From assembly GCF_006345805.1 (NCBI RefSeq), contig NC_043001.1, positions 43,772,001 to 43,836,000 of the forward strand: a stretch of 64,000 nt of DNA, written 5' to 3'. Position numbers and translations under genes: made by a program. This DNA comes from Octopus sinensis (lineage: Eukaryota). Shown piece after piece: positions 26,484 through 40,230 of the stretch (position 1 is its first letter; the number at the start of each line of letters is the position of its first letter). The notes beneath the pieces were generated by a model. The model searched no databases and was not told the origin of the DNA. It worked only from the letters and a program-made list of their open reading frames with translations.

Positions 26484-26559
26484 TCCATATTTATGTACAT
26501 ATAACAGAGAGGAATTTCCCTCAAGTCGTATGTAACAGGACTATTTATTTGACAAGAAG

Positions 26560-27517
26560 CATGTTGCTGAAATGAAAGAGAGGTTCTGTTTGCCTGTAGT
26601 CATAATCTGATATTCACCATGTGTAATGTCAGTGTGCATACTTGACAGAGTGTTAGTGCCTCGAGAGAAAGGTTGGACCTAAGAAACATCAGATGTGGTG
26701 TGCAAGAGAGACGACCATGCTGGTACGGTCATGTGGTAAGAATGGATGTCGATAGCTGTGTGAAAAAGTGCCACACCCTAGCAGTTGAGGGAACCTATGG
26801 AAGAGATAGACACAGGAAGACCTGGGATGAGGTGGCATGACCTTCAAACATTGGGCCTCACCGAGGCAATGACTAGTGATCGGGACCTCTGGAAATATTC
26901 TGTGCTTGAGAAGACTTGGTAAGCGCAAGTGAGACCATTACCTTGTGGCCTATGCTAGGGGTGTAACCAGTCCACTTATGCATGCCTTTCCTTCATTGGA
27001 CACTAAACTCTGCTTGGGAAGACTTGTTGAGGCAAGTGAAATCGAAATCAAATTTGATGACTGGCATCCGTGCTAGTGGAGTGCTATGAGTACCATACGA
27101 GTGAGATCGTTGCCAGAGCAACAAGTTGGCCTCCGTGCCGATGGCACATTAAAAACACCATTTGAGCGTGATCATTACCTGCGTCGCCTTACTAGCACTT
27201 GTGCTGGTGGCACGTGAAAAAACATTCGAGCAAGGTCATTGCCAGTGCTGCTGGACTGGCTCCCGTGCAGGTGGCACATAAAAAGCACCATTTGAGCGTG
27301 GCTGTTGCCAGTATTGCCTGACTGGCACTCGTGCCGGTGGCACGTAAAAGCACCCACTACACTCTCGGAGTGGTTGGCATTAGGAAGGGCATCCAGCTGT
27401 AGAAACGCTGCCAGATCAGATTGGAGTCTGGTGCAGCCATCTGGTTTTCCAGACTTCAGTCAAACCGTCCAACCCATGCTAGCATGGAAAGCAGACATTA
27501 AACGATGATGATGATGA
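26560..27517 (+). mobile_element. RTE-clade LINE 3' end with internal tandem ~60-70 bp UTR repeats and (GAT)n tail
   Basis: QERRPCWYGHVVRMD..RKTWDEV. Recurrent ggtggcacgtaaaaagcacc units. Confidence 0.8.
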
Positions 27518-27944
27518 ATGTAATTCTTTGTCCATTTGAACATTAAGAAGATTGAAAAGGAGCATGTTTATAAGTTATTCTAATTATTATGCTTATCTTT
27601 CTGAAGTGGCCTTCAAATTCTCAGACATTGATAATATGTTCTGTAAATAACTACGTTATGCTGTTTTATATATATTATTACTTTTATTACAGTAACAGAC
27701 TTTGAGTGTGGCAATAACACTAAAAACTTCACTGTCACCTTTTTCTATTGTTATTGAACAAAAGATGACATAGTTAATAGCAATTGCATTTTAGTTAGTA
27801 ATATGAATAGTATCTCTTTCCAGTTAGTAATAGGCATATCTGATTTTATGCAACAAAATCTCTCAGTTACAGAGTTTTATTGTTATTACTTGGTTGTAAT
27901 ACATATATTGGAATCTTAATATATGAAATGCAAAGTCACTCTAG

Positions 27945-28235
27945 AATGTCACATACTGTGATGTCTTCTCCAGTGCCAACTTGATGTGTTCAGCTACCAA
28001 CCCAAGCTCGGCTACACATTTGGCTGAGAAGAGCACATGGTCAAAATATCAGTTGCTCTCTGACAAGTTTACTGTTGAGCCTGTGGTAGTGGAGACCTCC
28101 AGCACTCTTGACCTTTGGACCATATCCCTGCTTATCACTATAGCCGAGATGGCTATCTGCAAGTACAAGCCCTGTAAGTCAGATTGTCTGTTTCAGCGCA
28201 TCTCCCTCACCATCCTCCTGGGGTAACACTTTTCC
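27945..28235 (+). mobile_element. CRE/NeSL-type non-LTR element, C-terminal restriction-like endonuclease fragment
   Basis: *NVTYCDVFS..AEKSTWSKY..FTVEPVVVETS..LFQRISLTI, matching WD.T..D..AE..K..KY..F.P.AVET.G..LFQRLS. Confidence 0.7.
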
Positions 28236-28609
28236 CATTTTATCTGTTGGGAACATTAAGCAGTTTGAATTACAAGGAACTAAGAGAATGTAAACATTTC
28301 ATAGCTAATATTGCTGTTGACAGGAATGAAAAGTGGGTCATGTGTTTAGTGGTGTCAAGTAGAATGCATGAAGCCACTTTGCAGGTCTGATGCAGTGGTG
28401 CATGAAACATTGTTCTTTTGTGATTGAGATGTTTAAAAACTATCAGTGGATATCAAATTATTAATGGGTTTGTTTCCAGTTTGTGTGTCACACTGGAAAG
28501 AGAGTGCAGTAGTTGTGATCAAGGGATGGAAGGGTTAAAAAAGAAAATTTACAAAGAGGTAGAGAAAATTGTGATGTGAAGGAGGAAAAGATGGAAGCAG
28601 AGAGAGAAT

Positions 28610-30195
28610 TATGGTTGTCTTACCTGAGTATCTGGAAGGGTCACTCACAGGGTCCACAAGCTCTGTCTGCCACTGTACTATCTATCTATGTGGAAGGGGC
28701 TGCTCACAAAATCAACGTGATCTGTCTGCTACTGTACCATCTAACAGGTCCACTTTCATACGCTATCCACTGCCAACTGCCTGCTCATGCCTTGCCAACC
28801 CTGCATGCCCACTGTGGCCCTTCTGGTGGGACTCACTGGCCACACTTCCAACAGGACATGCATACTCCTTCACTTCCAGTCCTTCCTTACAACACAGCCT
28901 GGCTCATAACACCACATGCCCCCACCCAACCGATCTGATGATCATTCAACCAACTTGCCCATTCCTTCTCCTTAACCCTGACCACACGCCTTAACTTGTC
29001 TCATAATCAGCCAACCAGTGAGGAGGGCACCACTCCCTCTGTGACCGCCGTGGGACTTCAGGACTGGCCTCAGTCCCTGGCATGTTGCTGCCAGCTTCGT
29101 CCTCTTGTCCATTACTGTTGTTTCCATCCTCCATCGCATTGATGATCCTGCGCACATCCAAAACATGATGTGGCATGTCATCTATGGACACATTGTTATT
29201 CAAATTTATTGTTCCCTTTCCCCATTGTGATGTGCACTGAAAATTTGGGGTTTAAATCCAGACTTCTTCCCCGACTTGCACAAAGGCATGCTCTTTCTCT
29301 TCTGTGGATTGTGGCAATGCAGTACATGTATTTCTCAACTCATACTTGAATATTTCCTTGTATGGAACTGAGTCCTCACTCTATCCCAACCAGGGCAACA
29401 TATTATACCAAAAAATGGCCTCGATTGGTGAGATGTGGCCCCTCTCTGCTATGGTCTTGATGGTGCAATGATGCTTCTCTACAACCCTATTGCCACTTGG
29501 CTGGTACGCTGCCCTGAAGAAACGGCTAACACGTTTCCCTCAGCACCGCCGAGTGAAATGCAGTGCCATTATCCACAAGCAGCTCATCCACAGGGCCTCA
29601 TTCTAGGAATATCTCATTTAGTATTCTTGTGATTTCCTACATGTTCCCCACCTTCATCTCCCTTCATATGGCCAACTGCTCCACTTGACAGTCGACCATC
29701 GAGAGGTATGCCGGTAGTGCATCATGTCCACTGCCAGACGTTTCCAGTTGTGTTCCACTGGAATGCTTCCTGCCTCATTCCTGGAGCAGTGTCAATGGAC
29801 TGGCACCTGTCACAGCTCCCAACTACTCTCTGCACACTCTGCCTGGTCACATCAGAGTCAACTTTCCTGACTAGGAACAGGATCCCGTCCACCCCCATGT
29901 GATGCATGGAATGCAGTCTTCTCAGCTCTGTGTCACTCAGTTGATACACTGCAGCCACTCCTTGCTCCAGATCCTCCGACACCTGCAGCCAGGCTTTCTT
30001 TACTCTAGTCAGGACGTCCACTGTATTCCTCTCAGAGGGCACAAAAACCACACTCAGCCTCAAGTCAAACTTGGCCGCTAGCTCATCCAGAATTCCCAAA
30101 CAGCATCTTATCAGCATCTTTGTGCCCCCTTTGGTTCACATCCTCCGCTTGCTGGTGACCACTGATCCCACCCATTTAAATACAGTGGCCGAATA
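28610..30195 (-). mobile_element. LTR retrotransposon 3' part: RNase H end, integrase, PPT and putative 3' LTR (28610-28916)
   Basis: VFVPSERNTVDVLTR; HHCC zinc finger (LHSMHHMG..CDRC); C-terminal RRSQRE..PPHWLADYE*. A G-rich tract precedes TGTGG..CCATA. Confidence 0.8.
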
Positions 30196-30212
30196 TTATT
30201 ATTATTATTATT

Positions 30213-30560
30213 ATTACCCTGCATGCATAAGCAAAAGCAGGGTATTGTAGTTGGTCATCTTAGTCTGTTTGCCCGTGTGTTTGCAAAATTACTGGAAAAC
30301 AGCTGAATGGATTTTCACCAAATTTGGCAGAAATACTCATTGGTAATTGGTTTGAACTCATTCAATTTTGGCAGATGGGTGAATCAAAATGTCTGTCTTT
30401 TCTTACACATAAATATATGCGTGAACGATAAGCAGGGGAAATAACTCTTGATGTCATTTTGTTGAAATATGAATTTTGTTTGAGAATATATTTACTAAAT
30501 TAAATTCTATTTTATCCTTGTGTGTATGCAGAGTATGCATCGCTTCTCTGATGCCTTCCC
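30213..30560 (+). mobile_element. Helentron/DINE-like non-autonomous element
   Basis: ttaccctgcatg..gcagggtatt near the start. A subterminal reverse copy atgcagagtat precedes a terminal hairpin gcatc..gatgc. Confidence 0.5.
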
Positions 30561-30566
30561 CCCCCA

Positions 30567-31110
30567 TTATTATTATTATTATTATTATTGAGTGAGAGAG
30601 CAGTGCATGCCATCAAAGTGACACGGGTAAAATATACGAAGCCCAGTATATCCATCATGACTACCCGTCTGATAAGGGTACACCAGGCACATGCATCACA
30701 ACTATATGTGCGCGACATGGTGATCTCATATCAAGATAAATAGCACATGACCTTGCAGGTGGGGCCCAGTTAGAATTTTCTTCTGGTCGAGTAACCCATC
30801 CTGCTCAAAAGCTCCCTGAATTAGGGTTGTTTAAGAATGTTGAACGAAACACCCATGTTTCCAGAGGTGAATTATTCAAACCCCAAAGAATCCCTCTTAA
30901 CACATGGCTATGATGCTCCCCCACTACTTCTGCTCATGATCAGAGATGCACATATCGTCAGCCACTAAGGGACATGCTCAGCTGGTTAAGGTCAAGCAAT
31001 TGACAAGCAAATCTGTGGTATTGAGCAGAATATTTGCTGTAGCCCATCTTTTATACCAAGACAAAACAATGTACATGGTAACACTTCCAATCAGTTAAGA
31101 TCAGAATACA
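30567..31110 (-). mobile_element. Retroposon 3' end with (AAT)n tail; same family as 21890-22323
   Basis: Highly similar sequence starting gagtgagagagcagtgcatg after (ATT)n in both places. Confidence 0.7.
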
Positions 31111-31212
31111 CACTTTCTGACAAGTTGTGGTGCACCTGAGCACTGTATACAATAATTTCATTATTATTATTACATCAGGGCACTACATCAGGGTAGTGTA
31201 CTAAATCAGGGC

Positions 31213-31271
<59 letters not shown>

Positions 31272-31863
31272 GGGCATAATAGTTTTAAAAGTAAAATCAA
31301 ATTTAGATCAATATTAATATCCTCCTCCCCTCCTCCTCCTTCTTCTTCTTCTTCTAACAACAACAAATTCGGAAAAAAAACATAAAAAGCATCCCTGATT
31401 AACTAATCAATATTAATCAAGCTTGGTGAAGGGAGGAAATTTAATTGAAGGGGAGTAACTATGTTATACGCTTGACAGTTATGTTGACTATGTTGACGGG
31501 AAAATATCTAAATCTAAATTAAATTAGATCTTGATAAAATATACTATTTTTAAATGTATAACAAGAGCATGGATATGGAAGCTGAGATGAATAGAAAATA
31601 AATGAATTAGTAAATTAAAAAATTGATTCTACAAAGGAAAAACAGGTATTTTAAATATAAAATATAGGTAGCGGGAAATGATAAAAAAATTAATATATAA
31701 AATGTTTTTAATTGTTTGTAAATTAGGTGCAGGAGTAACTTGGTTCCCAACCATATGGTTCTGGGTTCAGTCCCACTGCGTGGCTCCTAGGTCAAGTGCC
31801 TTCTATCAAAACCTTGGGCTGACCAAATCCTTGTGAGTGGATTTGGAAAGTGAAAGAGGCCCG

Positions 31864-31921
<58 letters not shown>

Positions 31922-33991
31922 ATATGTTTGTGCTCCTTCCCCCCACCATCGCTTGACAACCGATGCTGGTGTTTACTATTCCTGCTTTGTTTATTTCCCT
32001 AGATATTGCCTTTAAGGAATTTTAATGTTGAATAGATATAAAGCTGTTCATGCTCGTCTATAAATTGTGTTGTATTCATGACTAATTTCCTTATCGTCTG
32101 CGATAAGGAAAGCAGGATGGTGAAGTGGTAATAAAGTGGCTGTGGTGGTAGGAAGAGAGGACAGAGAAGTGTTAAGAAACACTGTTAGAAAAAACGGTGC
32201 TCAGACTTCACTGCTTTGACCTAGAATGTGCAATGCTAATGTTTACTTGATAACAAACTTGGGCTTTGAAAATTAACCCTGTCAATTTGTAGCTAAAAGT
32301 AAACTTGTGAAACACAGATGCCCATAGCGGTCAAACTATGTTTAAATTCTGGACTGTAGATTGCAAAGTAATGCAGCTTTGCATTTTTATTTTTTTATTT
32401 TTTGGTTTTGATAAAGAGAAGAAGCTTTCACTGCTCTTTTTAGGTCTCTGATGTTGTTCTTGTTGTTTAACTCCAGATTACCCCTGTTGTGCAGACACAT
32501 GGCTTAGTGGTTAGGGTGTTGGACTTATGATCCTAAGATTGTGATACTGATTCTTGGACCAGGTGATGCATTCTATTCTTGAGCAAAACACTTCATTTCA
32601 CATTTATCCAGTCCACTCAGCTGGCAAAAATGAGTAATCCTACAATTGGTCAGCATCCCATCCAGGGGGGAATATATACACCACAAAGGCTAGGAAACTG
32701 GCCCTATGAGTTTATATGACCCAGGAAGGATCCTTATCCTTTGTCCTTTTCCCTCCTGTTGAAGTAGACCTGTGATCAAAGGCATTCCAATCATAACTAT
32801 CCTGTATTTTGTGGATGTGGTGGGCTCTTTTCTTACTTAAGATGGTAGAGTGTAATTTAAGGTAAGTTTGGCCACTTCTTCCAGAAGGGCAAGCAACCAC
32901 ATAAAGGCTCCTTCTGTAGACCAGTGTGATTGATATAACTAATATCACTTTTTCTAATTTTACCATAGGGCCAGGAATTTCAAGAAGAGAGGGCTTGTCA
33001 ATTACACTGACCTCAATACATAAGTGATATTTTATTTTATCCACGCTGAAAGGATGAGAGACAAAGTTAATTTCAGTGGCATTGATACAGCTAACATTAT
33101 GCTTGCACTATTGTACAGGTTTTTGGGGATAAAAAGTTTTAGCAGGGAGGTTGTTTCAGAGTGTTGTATTCTGAGAAGAAAAGATGGAGTGAAATATTTA
33201 ATATGGTTGTTGGGATAAGTGGGAGATTGTAAGAATAAAGATGAGAAGCACATTAATGAAATAGGGTTTGGAAGAGCATCCAGCCACAGAAACCATGCCA
33301 AAGCGGACATTGTAGCTTGATGCAGTCCTGCAGCTCACCAGATCCTATCAATCCATCCAACCCATGCCTACATAGAAGATATTCGTTAAATGATGATGCT
33401 GAAGGATCATAGATGCTGGAGTACATAGTCGACAAGTTCAGTAAAGCAGGAACTGTCATAGTAATAATAGTGGATAAGAACTTGTTTGTGTGTTCACAAA
33501 TGAGGGTTTGCCTTTCAGTTGAGTGGGTTTTTTAAATATTCTGTCTGAAATGTTTGTTGTTGCTGTAATTGTTACTGTATAACTCCAGGAGTGTTCTGAT
33601 TGTGCAAACTGATAGGTATTTCATCTGACCATAACTATCCTATCTTTTTCCTATGTGCAGGTGGTCCAAGATGGCATTACTCAATATGTCATTTTCTAAG
33701 ATGGTGGAGTATGATTCAAGAGAGATTTGGCTGCTATCTCTCTAATAGGTTGAGAGGTTCCAGTAGCAGCTGTATTATTCTAGATACTATGTGCAGTACT
33801 CCAAAGTATGGTGCATTTGTGTGTTGTAATGCTTCAAGAATCCATCTTCACTGTGCCAAAGATGAGTGGCTGTTATAAAAGGCCAGTTGGGATTTTGATG
33901 TCTAACATTTATAGAGGTTCCAGTTGTGTATAATATTGCAAATGTGCTTGTTTGATATGTATAACATGTGCATTGACAGTGGCTATATGTT

Positions 33992-34378
33992 CATTATTTA
34001 CATTATTTACATTTGACAGATATTTGTCCTCATCTTGTTTGTTGTTAACACAATGTTTTGCTGATATACCCTCTAGCCTTTATGTGGTGTCTTGGGTTCT
34101 CATTCCTAAGGTATTTTTTCGATGTTGTTGTTATTGTTATTATTATTCTTCAGGTCACTGCCTGGAATCGAACTTGGAATCTTGGGGTTAGTAGGCCACA
34201 CTCTTAACCACTATGCCATATGCCTGTGGGCAATTATAGAGTGAATTTTAGGGCTTAAAGATTTAATATTTTCCTATCCTTCCTTAATACCAGTTCCCAT
34301 ATGCTATTCATATCTGCATTTGGTCTGCGTAGGAGGTTGTTGTGTCCTAACATATGTGCTGCTTCTTTTAGTGACCTG

Positions 34379-34455
<77 letters not shown>

Positions 34456-34646
34456 CAACAACAACAACATCGAAAAATACCTTAGGAACGAGAACCCAGG
34501 TTCGAAATATCCCCAAGACACCTGAAGAAGACTGGAGGGTATATCAGCCGAAACATTGTGTTAACAACAAACAAGATGAGGACAAATATCCGTCAATTGT
34601 AAATAATGTACATAGTTCCTCATCTCTTAAATATAGAACTGTATGA
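33992..34646. mobile_element. Penelope-like element remnant: ORF 3' end plus terminal repeat (-), with an inverted terminal-repeat copy (+)
   Basis: The minus strand reads KEAAHMLGHNNLLRRPNADMNSIWELVLRKDRKILNL* (resembles a GIY-YIG C-terminus), then a tRNA-like head, (AAT)n and a decayed hammerhead. The inverted copy spans 34370-34646. Flanking direct repeat ctatatgtt at 33983-33991 and 34647-34655. Confidence 0.7.
34517..34562 (+). ncRNA. Minimal type I hammerhead ribozyme motif
   Basis: gacac CTGAAGA a gactg-gagggtatat-cagcc GAAAC ATT gtgtt. Stem I is gacac/gtgtt, stem II has one mismatch, and stem III ACAT is a CpG-decayed ACGT. Confidence 0.75.
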
Positions 34647-36329
34647 CTATATGTTGTTGAAAGATTCAGCATTCTCATATTCTTGAAGAAGGATGTTTTC
34701 AAGATCTAGTGGTCATAACAGGAAAAGCCCTCACCCAACTGATGGCTTCCATCTAGAAAATTTCACTTTGATCAAGTTTAGGACAGAAAAAATTTTACCA
34801 ATGTTTGAACCTTATATCAGATAGTTGCTAAATGAACTGTTTAACTATAAAGCAATGTATGTTTATATACATACATGCATACATACATACACAGCTGTCT
34901 AAAAATCTCCCCAAGATACTATCTTCTCATGATGATAAAGAATTAACCTCCTGAATTTTGTGGAAATATTTTTCCTGTTCAAAAGCACTTATTCAGCACA
35001 CATACATACATGTGCGTGTGCACACACACACACACACACACATGCACCCACACATACATTGTATGTATGCATTTGTATATGTATATATGTGTGCGTGTGT
35101 GTACCCTTGTCTAGATAACATGTAATGATTGTAAATGAATGTCATTGTCATGCAAGTGTGGATTGATCATGTGCATATTTAACCCTAGCACTTTCAATTT
35201 CTTTGGCTAAAGGGTAGTGCTCCAGCATGGCCACAGTCAAAATAAAAGAATACCAGAGGGACGTTCTGTACCATTGAACCAAGAAGGTTCTTTGAATATA
35301 TATGATGCATTTTAAGGCTACATAGTAATTCTGTTTACATTTGTGTAACTGAGATATTTTGGTTGGATTATATAGTTATTGGTTTTACACTTCTTTCTAT
35401 ATTCTGTAAGTGTCACAATATAGAAACGTTTCTCATGGCACCAGCACACAATTTACAGATGATTACATTTTTTATATTTTCTGTGAAGGTTTCACTGGTC
35501 CAGCTAGTAAGAATTAAAAGGACAACAATTAACTACTGTATCCACAATACACAAAGGTAGTGTTTCTCTGCCAGTGACCATGAATATATTTGCTTGAAAG
35601 TAGTTGATCAGATAAAATTCAGTCACTTCATGTGATGCGATACAGGTGGGGGTCTAATCAGTCTTGATAAAATAAATAAAATCAATAGAAAGCAAGTTAC
35701 TTAGAATTTGTAATGACTTCAAGAAATTTTTGAGAACTACTTTTGTCACTTTTTATAGTCCAAGTAGTTTTAGGGAGGGTATCAAGTCATAGAAACCTTG
35801 CCAAGTAGATCATAGAGAGCAACACAGCCCTTGGGCTAGTTGGATCTTGTTGAATCATCCAACACATGCCAGCAGGGAACATGAACATTAAAAGATGATG
35901 AAGATGATGATGATGATGACAACAATAATGATGATGATGATGACGGTGCTGATGATGACAATGATGACAACAACAACGACGACGATGATGAAAGAATCAA
36001 TGGAGAAAATGTGGACTATGTCAACAATCTTTACTTGTTTCTAAGCGACAGTATTTTTTTCATGACCAAACATGTTTTCCGTGGGAGAATTTCAATGAAC
36101 AACAACTTACATGCTCACTTACAACTGTCAGAGAATATCAAGACATGGGTACTCACAAACACACATGCACATATTGAACTGGGGTCAGTGTCAAGGTACT
36201 TCATAAGACTGAAAAGCAAAGTTAAGCTTGGTAAGATTTGAACTCAATATGTAAAGGATGTAATCGAATACCACAAGGTATTCCAGTGCTCCACTGATTC
36301 TACTACTGCATCATCTGGTGACAATGTTT

Positions 36330-36622
36330 ATATGTTTGTTCCTTCTCGAGCCATGCCTGGCTTATAAGAGCCAGTTTCCCGGTTTCCTTGGCGTATATAG
36401 GTTCCCCACCTGGATGGGACACTGGTCCGTCGCAGGTGAGCTGCAAGATGCAGGAGGAAAGAGTGAGAGAAAGTTGTGGCGAAAGAGTCAGTAGAAGTTT
36501 GCCATCACCTTCTGCTGGAGCTGCGTGGAGCTTAGGTATTTCGCTCATAAACACACGCTTCGCCTAGTCTGAGATTCGAACCTGCGATCCCTCGACCGTG
36601 AGTCCGCTGCTCTAACCACTGA
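36330..36622 (-). mobile_element. tRNA-derived SINE with a V-domain-like core
   Basis: Head agtggttagagc..ggttcgaatc and core cctgcgacggaccagtgtcccatccagg. 11-bp TSD tgacaatgttt at 36319-36329 and 36623-36633. Related copy at ~32495-32710 (+). Confidence 0.7.
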
Positions 36623-38806
36623 TGACAATGTTTGTAAAATTACGGAATCAATATTTAATATTTCTTTAATATCTTTAGTTTACTACTTCCTGGTTTTGTG
36701 TCTAATTCCTGTCTACTATGATTCTGTCTTTCACTACTTGAAGAATGATTAAGTAAAATATACTGGAACCAGTTTAGTTGCATTCACTTCCTGAAAAACT
36801 TTAGGCTTTGATGTCAGTCAAATGAAATCAATAGTAAAAGACTAGGTTTTCTTGTAACAGAGAGAGACCTTAGCATTGCCTATGATAACTGTGGAAATGC
36901 AACAAAGCTGAACAAGATTAGAAATGAATTTTCAAACATCATTTTCTGATAAATGTAATCTTCTTAAGTGGACAGGTGTGTGATTACAACCATGGTTTAA
37001 AAGTCAGCAGAAGAGACAGGCTGTTGAATCTATTGATGACTTTCTAATTATCTAATTATGATTATGTTTATTTCTTGTAGATTTGAAGCAAGAATCAACT
37101 CAGGGTTAAGTAAAACAATTTACCTTGATGTGACATAACATTAAATAGTGTACATTCTATTTTATTTTGTCAACTCAGCCTTTTATTATACTTGTCAAAG
37201 TTTATTTTATAAACTGGAGTTTTGGGGCCATTAAATATGCATTCCAATAGATTTTCCCAAACTGACCTCTTCCCTAAAAAATAAAACACATAATTAGAAT
37301 AAAAGATAAGTTCCCAATCCATTGGATTGATTTTAATTAAAGACTGAAAGTATTTTTGATAACACACCCTTGAGAAAATATATAACAATCACAAAATCTT
37401 GTCTTGTTTTCACTGTAAATTTAAGAATATAGCTAAAACAGCTAAAGCTGATGTTTTCTGTCACCATGTTATGTATGCTCTGTAAATGTACTGTGAGTTT
37501 TTGAGGTGAGTTAGAAATTGCCAAGTTATATACATAATTGCTGATTTATAATATAATATAATCATCCTTTAATGTCTGCTTTCCATGCTGGCATGGGTTG
37601 GACGATTTGACTTGAGCTTGAAAGCTGGAGAACTGCACCAGGTTCCAGTCTGATTTGGCTTGGTTTCTACAACTGGATGCCCTTCCTGGCACCAACCACT
37701 TTACAGTGTGGGCTGGATGCTTTTAACGTGGCACCAGCATGAGTGCTTTTACATGGCACAGACATAGGACTCTCACAAGCCAATCTTCTTCACTAGGGGA
37801 TGTAGCCTTAGTTCTTCTGTTGTAGAGGATGGGTTTTCTTGAGTACTGTAAGGCACCGGATATCTTGGTCTTTTGTCATCTTGCCAAAAAGATAAAGCAA
37901 AAATGAACTTAAGTCCTAGATATTTTTCAAGATGATTATATTTGTTGGTTGTCTTAATGTATTGTTCTTAATCCCGAGATAATCCAGCTGTGACCATTCA
38001 GAATTTAAAAAATTACTGGATCTATACTTTCTGATACAGTGCTTATGAGGATTGGAAAGAGAGTGAACTGTAATGTTTCAGCTTTTTCAAAATTGTCCAA
38101 AACCAAGAGAAGAAAAAATTATATGGATGAAAATTCTGTTTTGCCTTCTCATGAATAAAGAAGGTGCCAAAAAAAAAAAAAAATCCTTAATAGGTGCAGG
38201 TGTGGCTGTGTAGTGTGAAGCTTGCTTCCAAACCACATGGTTCCAGAGTCAGTCCCACTGTATGACACCTTGGGCAAAGTGTTTTCGAATATAGCTTTGG
38301 TCTGACCAAAGCCTTGTGAGCAGATTTGGTTGACAGAAACTGAAAGAAGCCCGCCCGCCCGTCCATCCGTCTGTCCGTCCGTCCGTCCGTCCGTCCGTCC
38401 GTTCGTCCATCCATCCATCCATCCATGTGTGTGTGTGTGTGTGTGTGCATGTGTATGTGTGTGTGTGTCTGAGTCTGTGCCCCCCCCCCTCGCTTGACAA
38501 CTGGTGTTTGAATGTTTGTCATCGTAACCTAGCAGTTCGACAAAGGAGACCGATAGAATATGTACCAGTGTTATTAAAAAGTAAGTACTGGGGTCGGTTT
38601 GTTCGACAAAGATCGTTCAAGGTGGTGCTTTAGCATGGCCCTAATCTAATGACTGAAACAAGAAAAAGATAATAGGTGCAAGCGTGGCTGTATGGAAGCT
38701 GGCTTCGCAGCCACATAGTTCCGGATTCAGTCCCACTGTGTGACACCTTAGGTAAGTGTCTTCTACTATAGCTTCGGGCTGACCAAAGTCTTGTGAATGG
38801 ATTTGG

Positions 38807-39206
38807 GGATCTTTTCGGTTTGACCGGCAGTTTATTAAAATAATTTCCACGTAACTAAACACTTTTAAACTTCGTATACTGGTAGAATGTGTTTATAAAA
38901 CATCTTTTTCTCTTGGCTTTATTGAGAAAATTCTATAGTTTGTAAGATATTTGTTGTTGTTTTTTCTTCAATTTCTGCAATTTCAACCAATCAATGACGT
39001 CTAATGAGGTGCCGTATGAATATGTCCCTCGTTTAAGAAACAGATTGGGTTTATTTAGATTTCTGAAGAAAAAAAAGATACCCTTCCCCCCACCCCTAAC
39101 CCTAAAACAGATTGAAATGCAATAGATCGATACTAGGGTCATAATTATGGGTGACAATTACATAAGACACCGCTAGAAAAAACTGCCGTCCAAACCGATA
39201 AAATCC
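38807..39206. mobile_element. Non-autonomous DNA transposon (Merlin-like: GG..CC ends, ~8-bp TSD) inserted in a SINE
   Basis: TIRs ggatcttttcggtttgaccggcagttt / aaactgccgtccaaaccgataaaatcc. TSD ggatttgg / tgatttgg. The host SINE resumes after the insert. Confidence 0.7.
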
Positions 39207-39929
39207 TGATTTGGTAGAAACTGAAAGAAACCCGTCGTGTGTGTGTGTGTTTGGGTCCCTCGCCATCGTTTCACAACCGTCGTTTACGTCCCCGTAAGTT
39301 TGCGGTTCGGTAAAAAGGATTCGACAGAATAAGCACCAAGCTTAAACAGAAAAGTTCTGGGCTCAGTTCGTTCGACCAAAAATTCTTCAAAGTGGTGCTA
39401 CAGCATGGCTGCAGTCCGCTAAGAGTTGCTGAAGTATGGAACAAACTGCCGGCATCAGTTGTTAGTTGTCGAAGCACTGCATCTTTCAAAACTTCTATGC
39501 TTCCTGAGATTCGCCAACACTACACCTGATTTTCTCCCCTCCATACACACGCAAGCATATATCTGACTCATACACAGACATTTGAACATTACTGCATATG
39601 CTTTATACGCACTTTTGACAAGTTGTGGTGCACCTGAGCACTGTATACAATAATTTCATTATCTTTTATGGGTTTTTTCCACGAGTAACCTTTCGAAGCG
39701 CCTCCCCCTATTGGGAGTTTTAATTGTTACTTACATTTCGTTGTTATCCTGCTTTTGTACACGGACTTTTTCAAACGGACAAAACCCTTTATAACTTTCG
39801 TCCTGCGTTTTGTCCCTTTATGTTTTAATCGATTTTTGTTAGCCCTTGTGGCCAATAAACGAACGAATTATTATTATTATTATTATGACGAAACAAGTAA
39901 AAGATAAAAGATAGATTTCTTTATTAAGC

Positions 39930-40230
39930 CACGCAGGGCCGAACACAGAGGAGGCAATAATAAAAGATTTGTTGACGACAGGCGGGTATTTATCTCTTCC
40001 AGAAGAACTAGTCTATTGTGTCCTTGACACGACGTCAATGGTAAAGTGTAAGTTGGAGGGAATGAGTAACCTCCCTTACAGGAGAAGGTCTCTGAGTGAC
40101 GTTTCATAAATCTCATTAGTCGTTTACTGGAATTCTCATAGTGTTGTTTGGTATTTTTGTGGCTCTAAGAAATTAATTCGTTGGTTACAAACAAGAAAAC
40201 CAATTTAATCTGTACACCACGTCACGATCT
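39930..40230 (+). promoter_or_regulatory. Candidate PPM1K promoter
   Basis: CpG-retaining patch with CRE/ATF-like half sites: gacgtca ~40031, tgacgt ~40097, cacgtcac ~40218. Confidence 0.4.

Noticed and set aside
35893-35991. Poly-Asp coding-like tract
   Set aside because: It is the degenerate (GAT)n tail of an RTE-type fragment.
39093-39106. ccctaaccctaa as a telomere remnant
   Set aside because: Only two units, internal to a TIR/TSD-bounded transposon.
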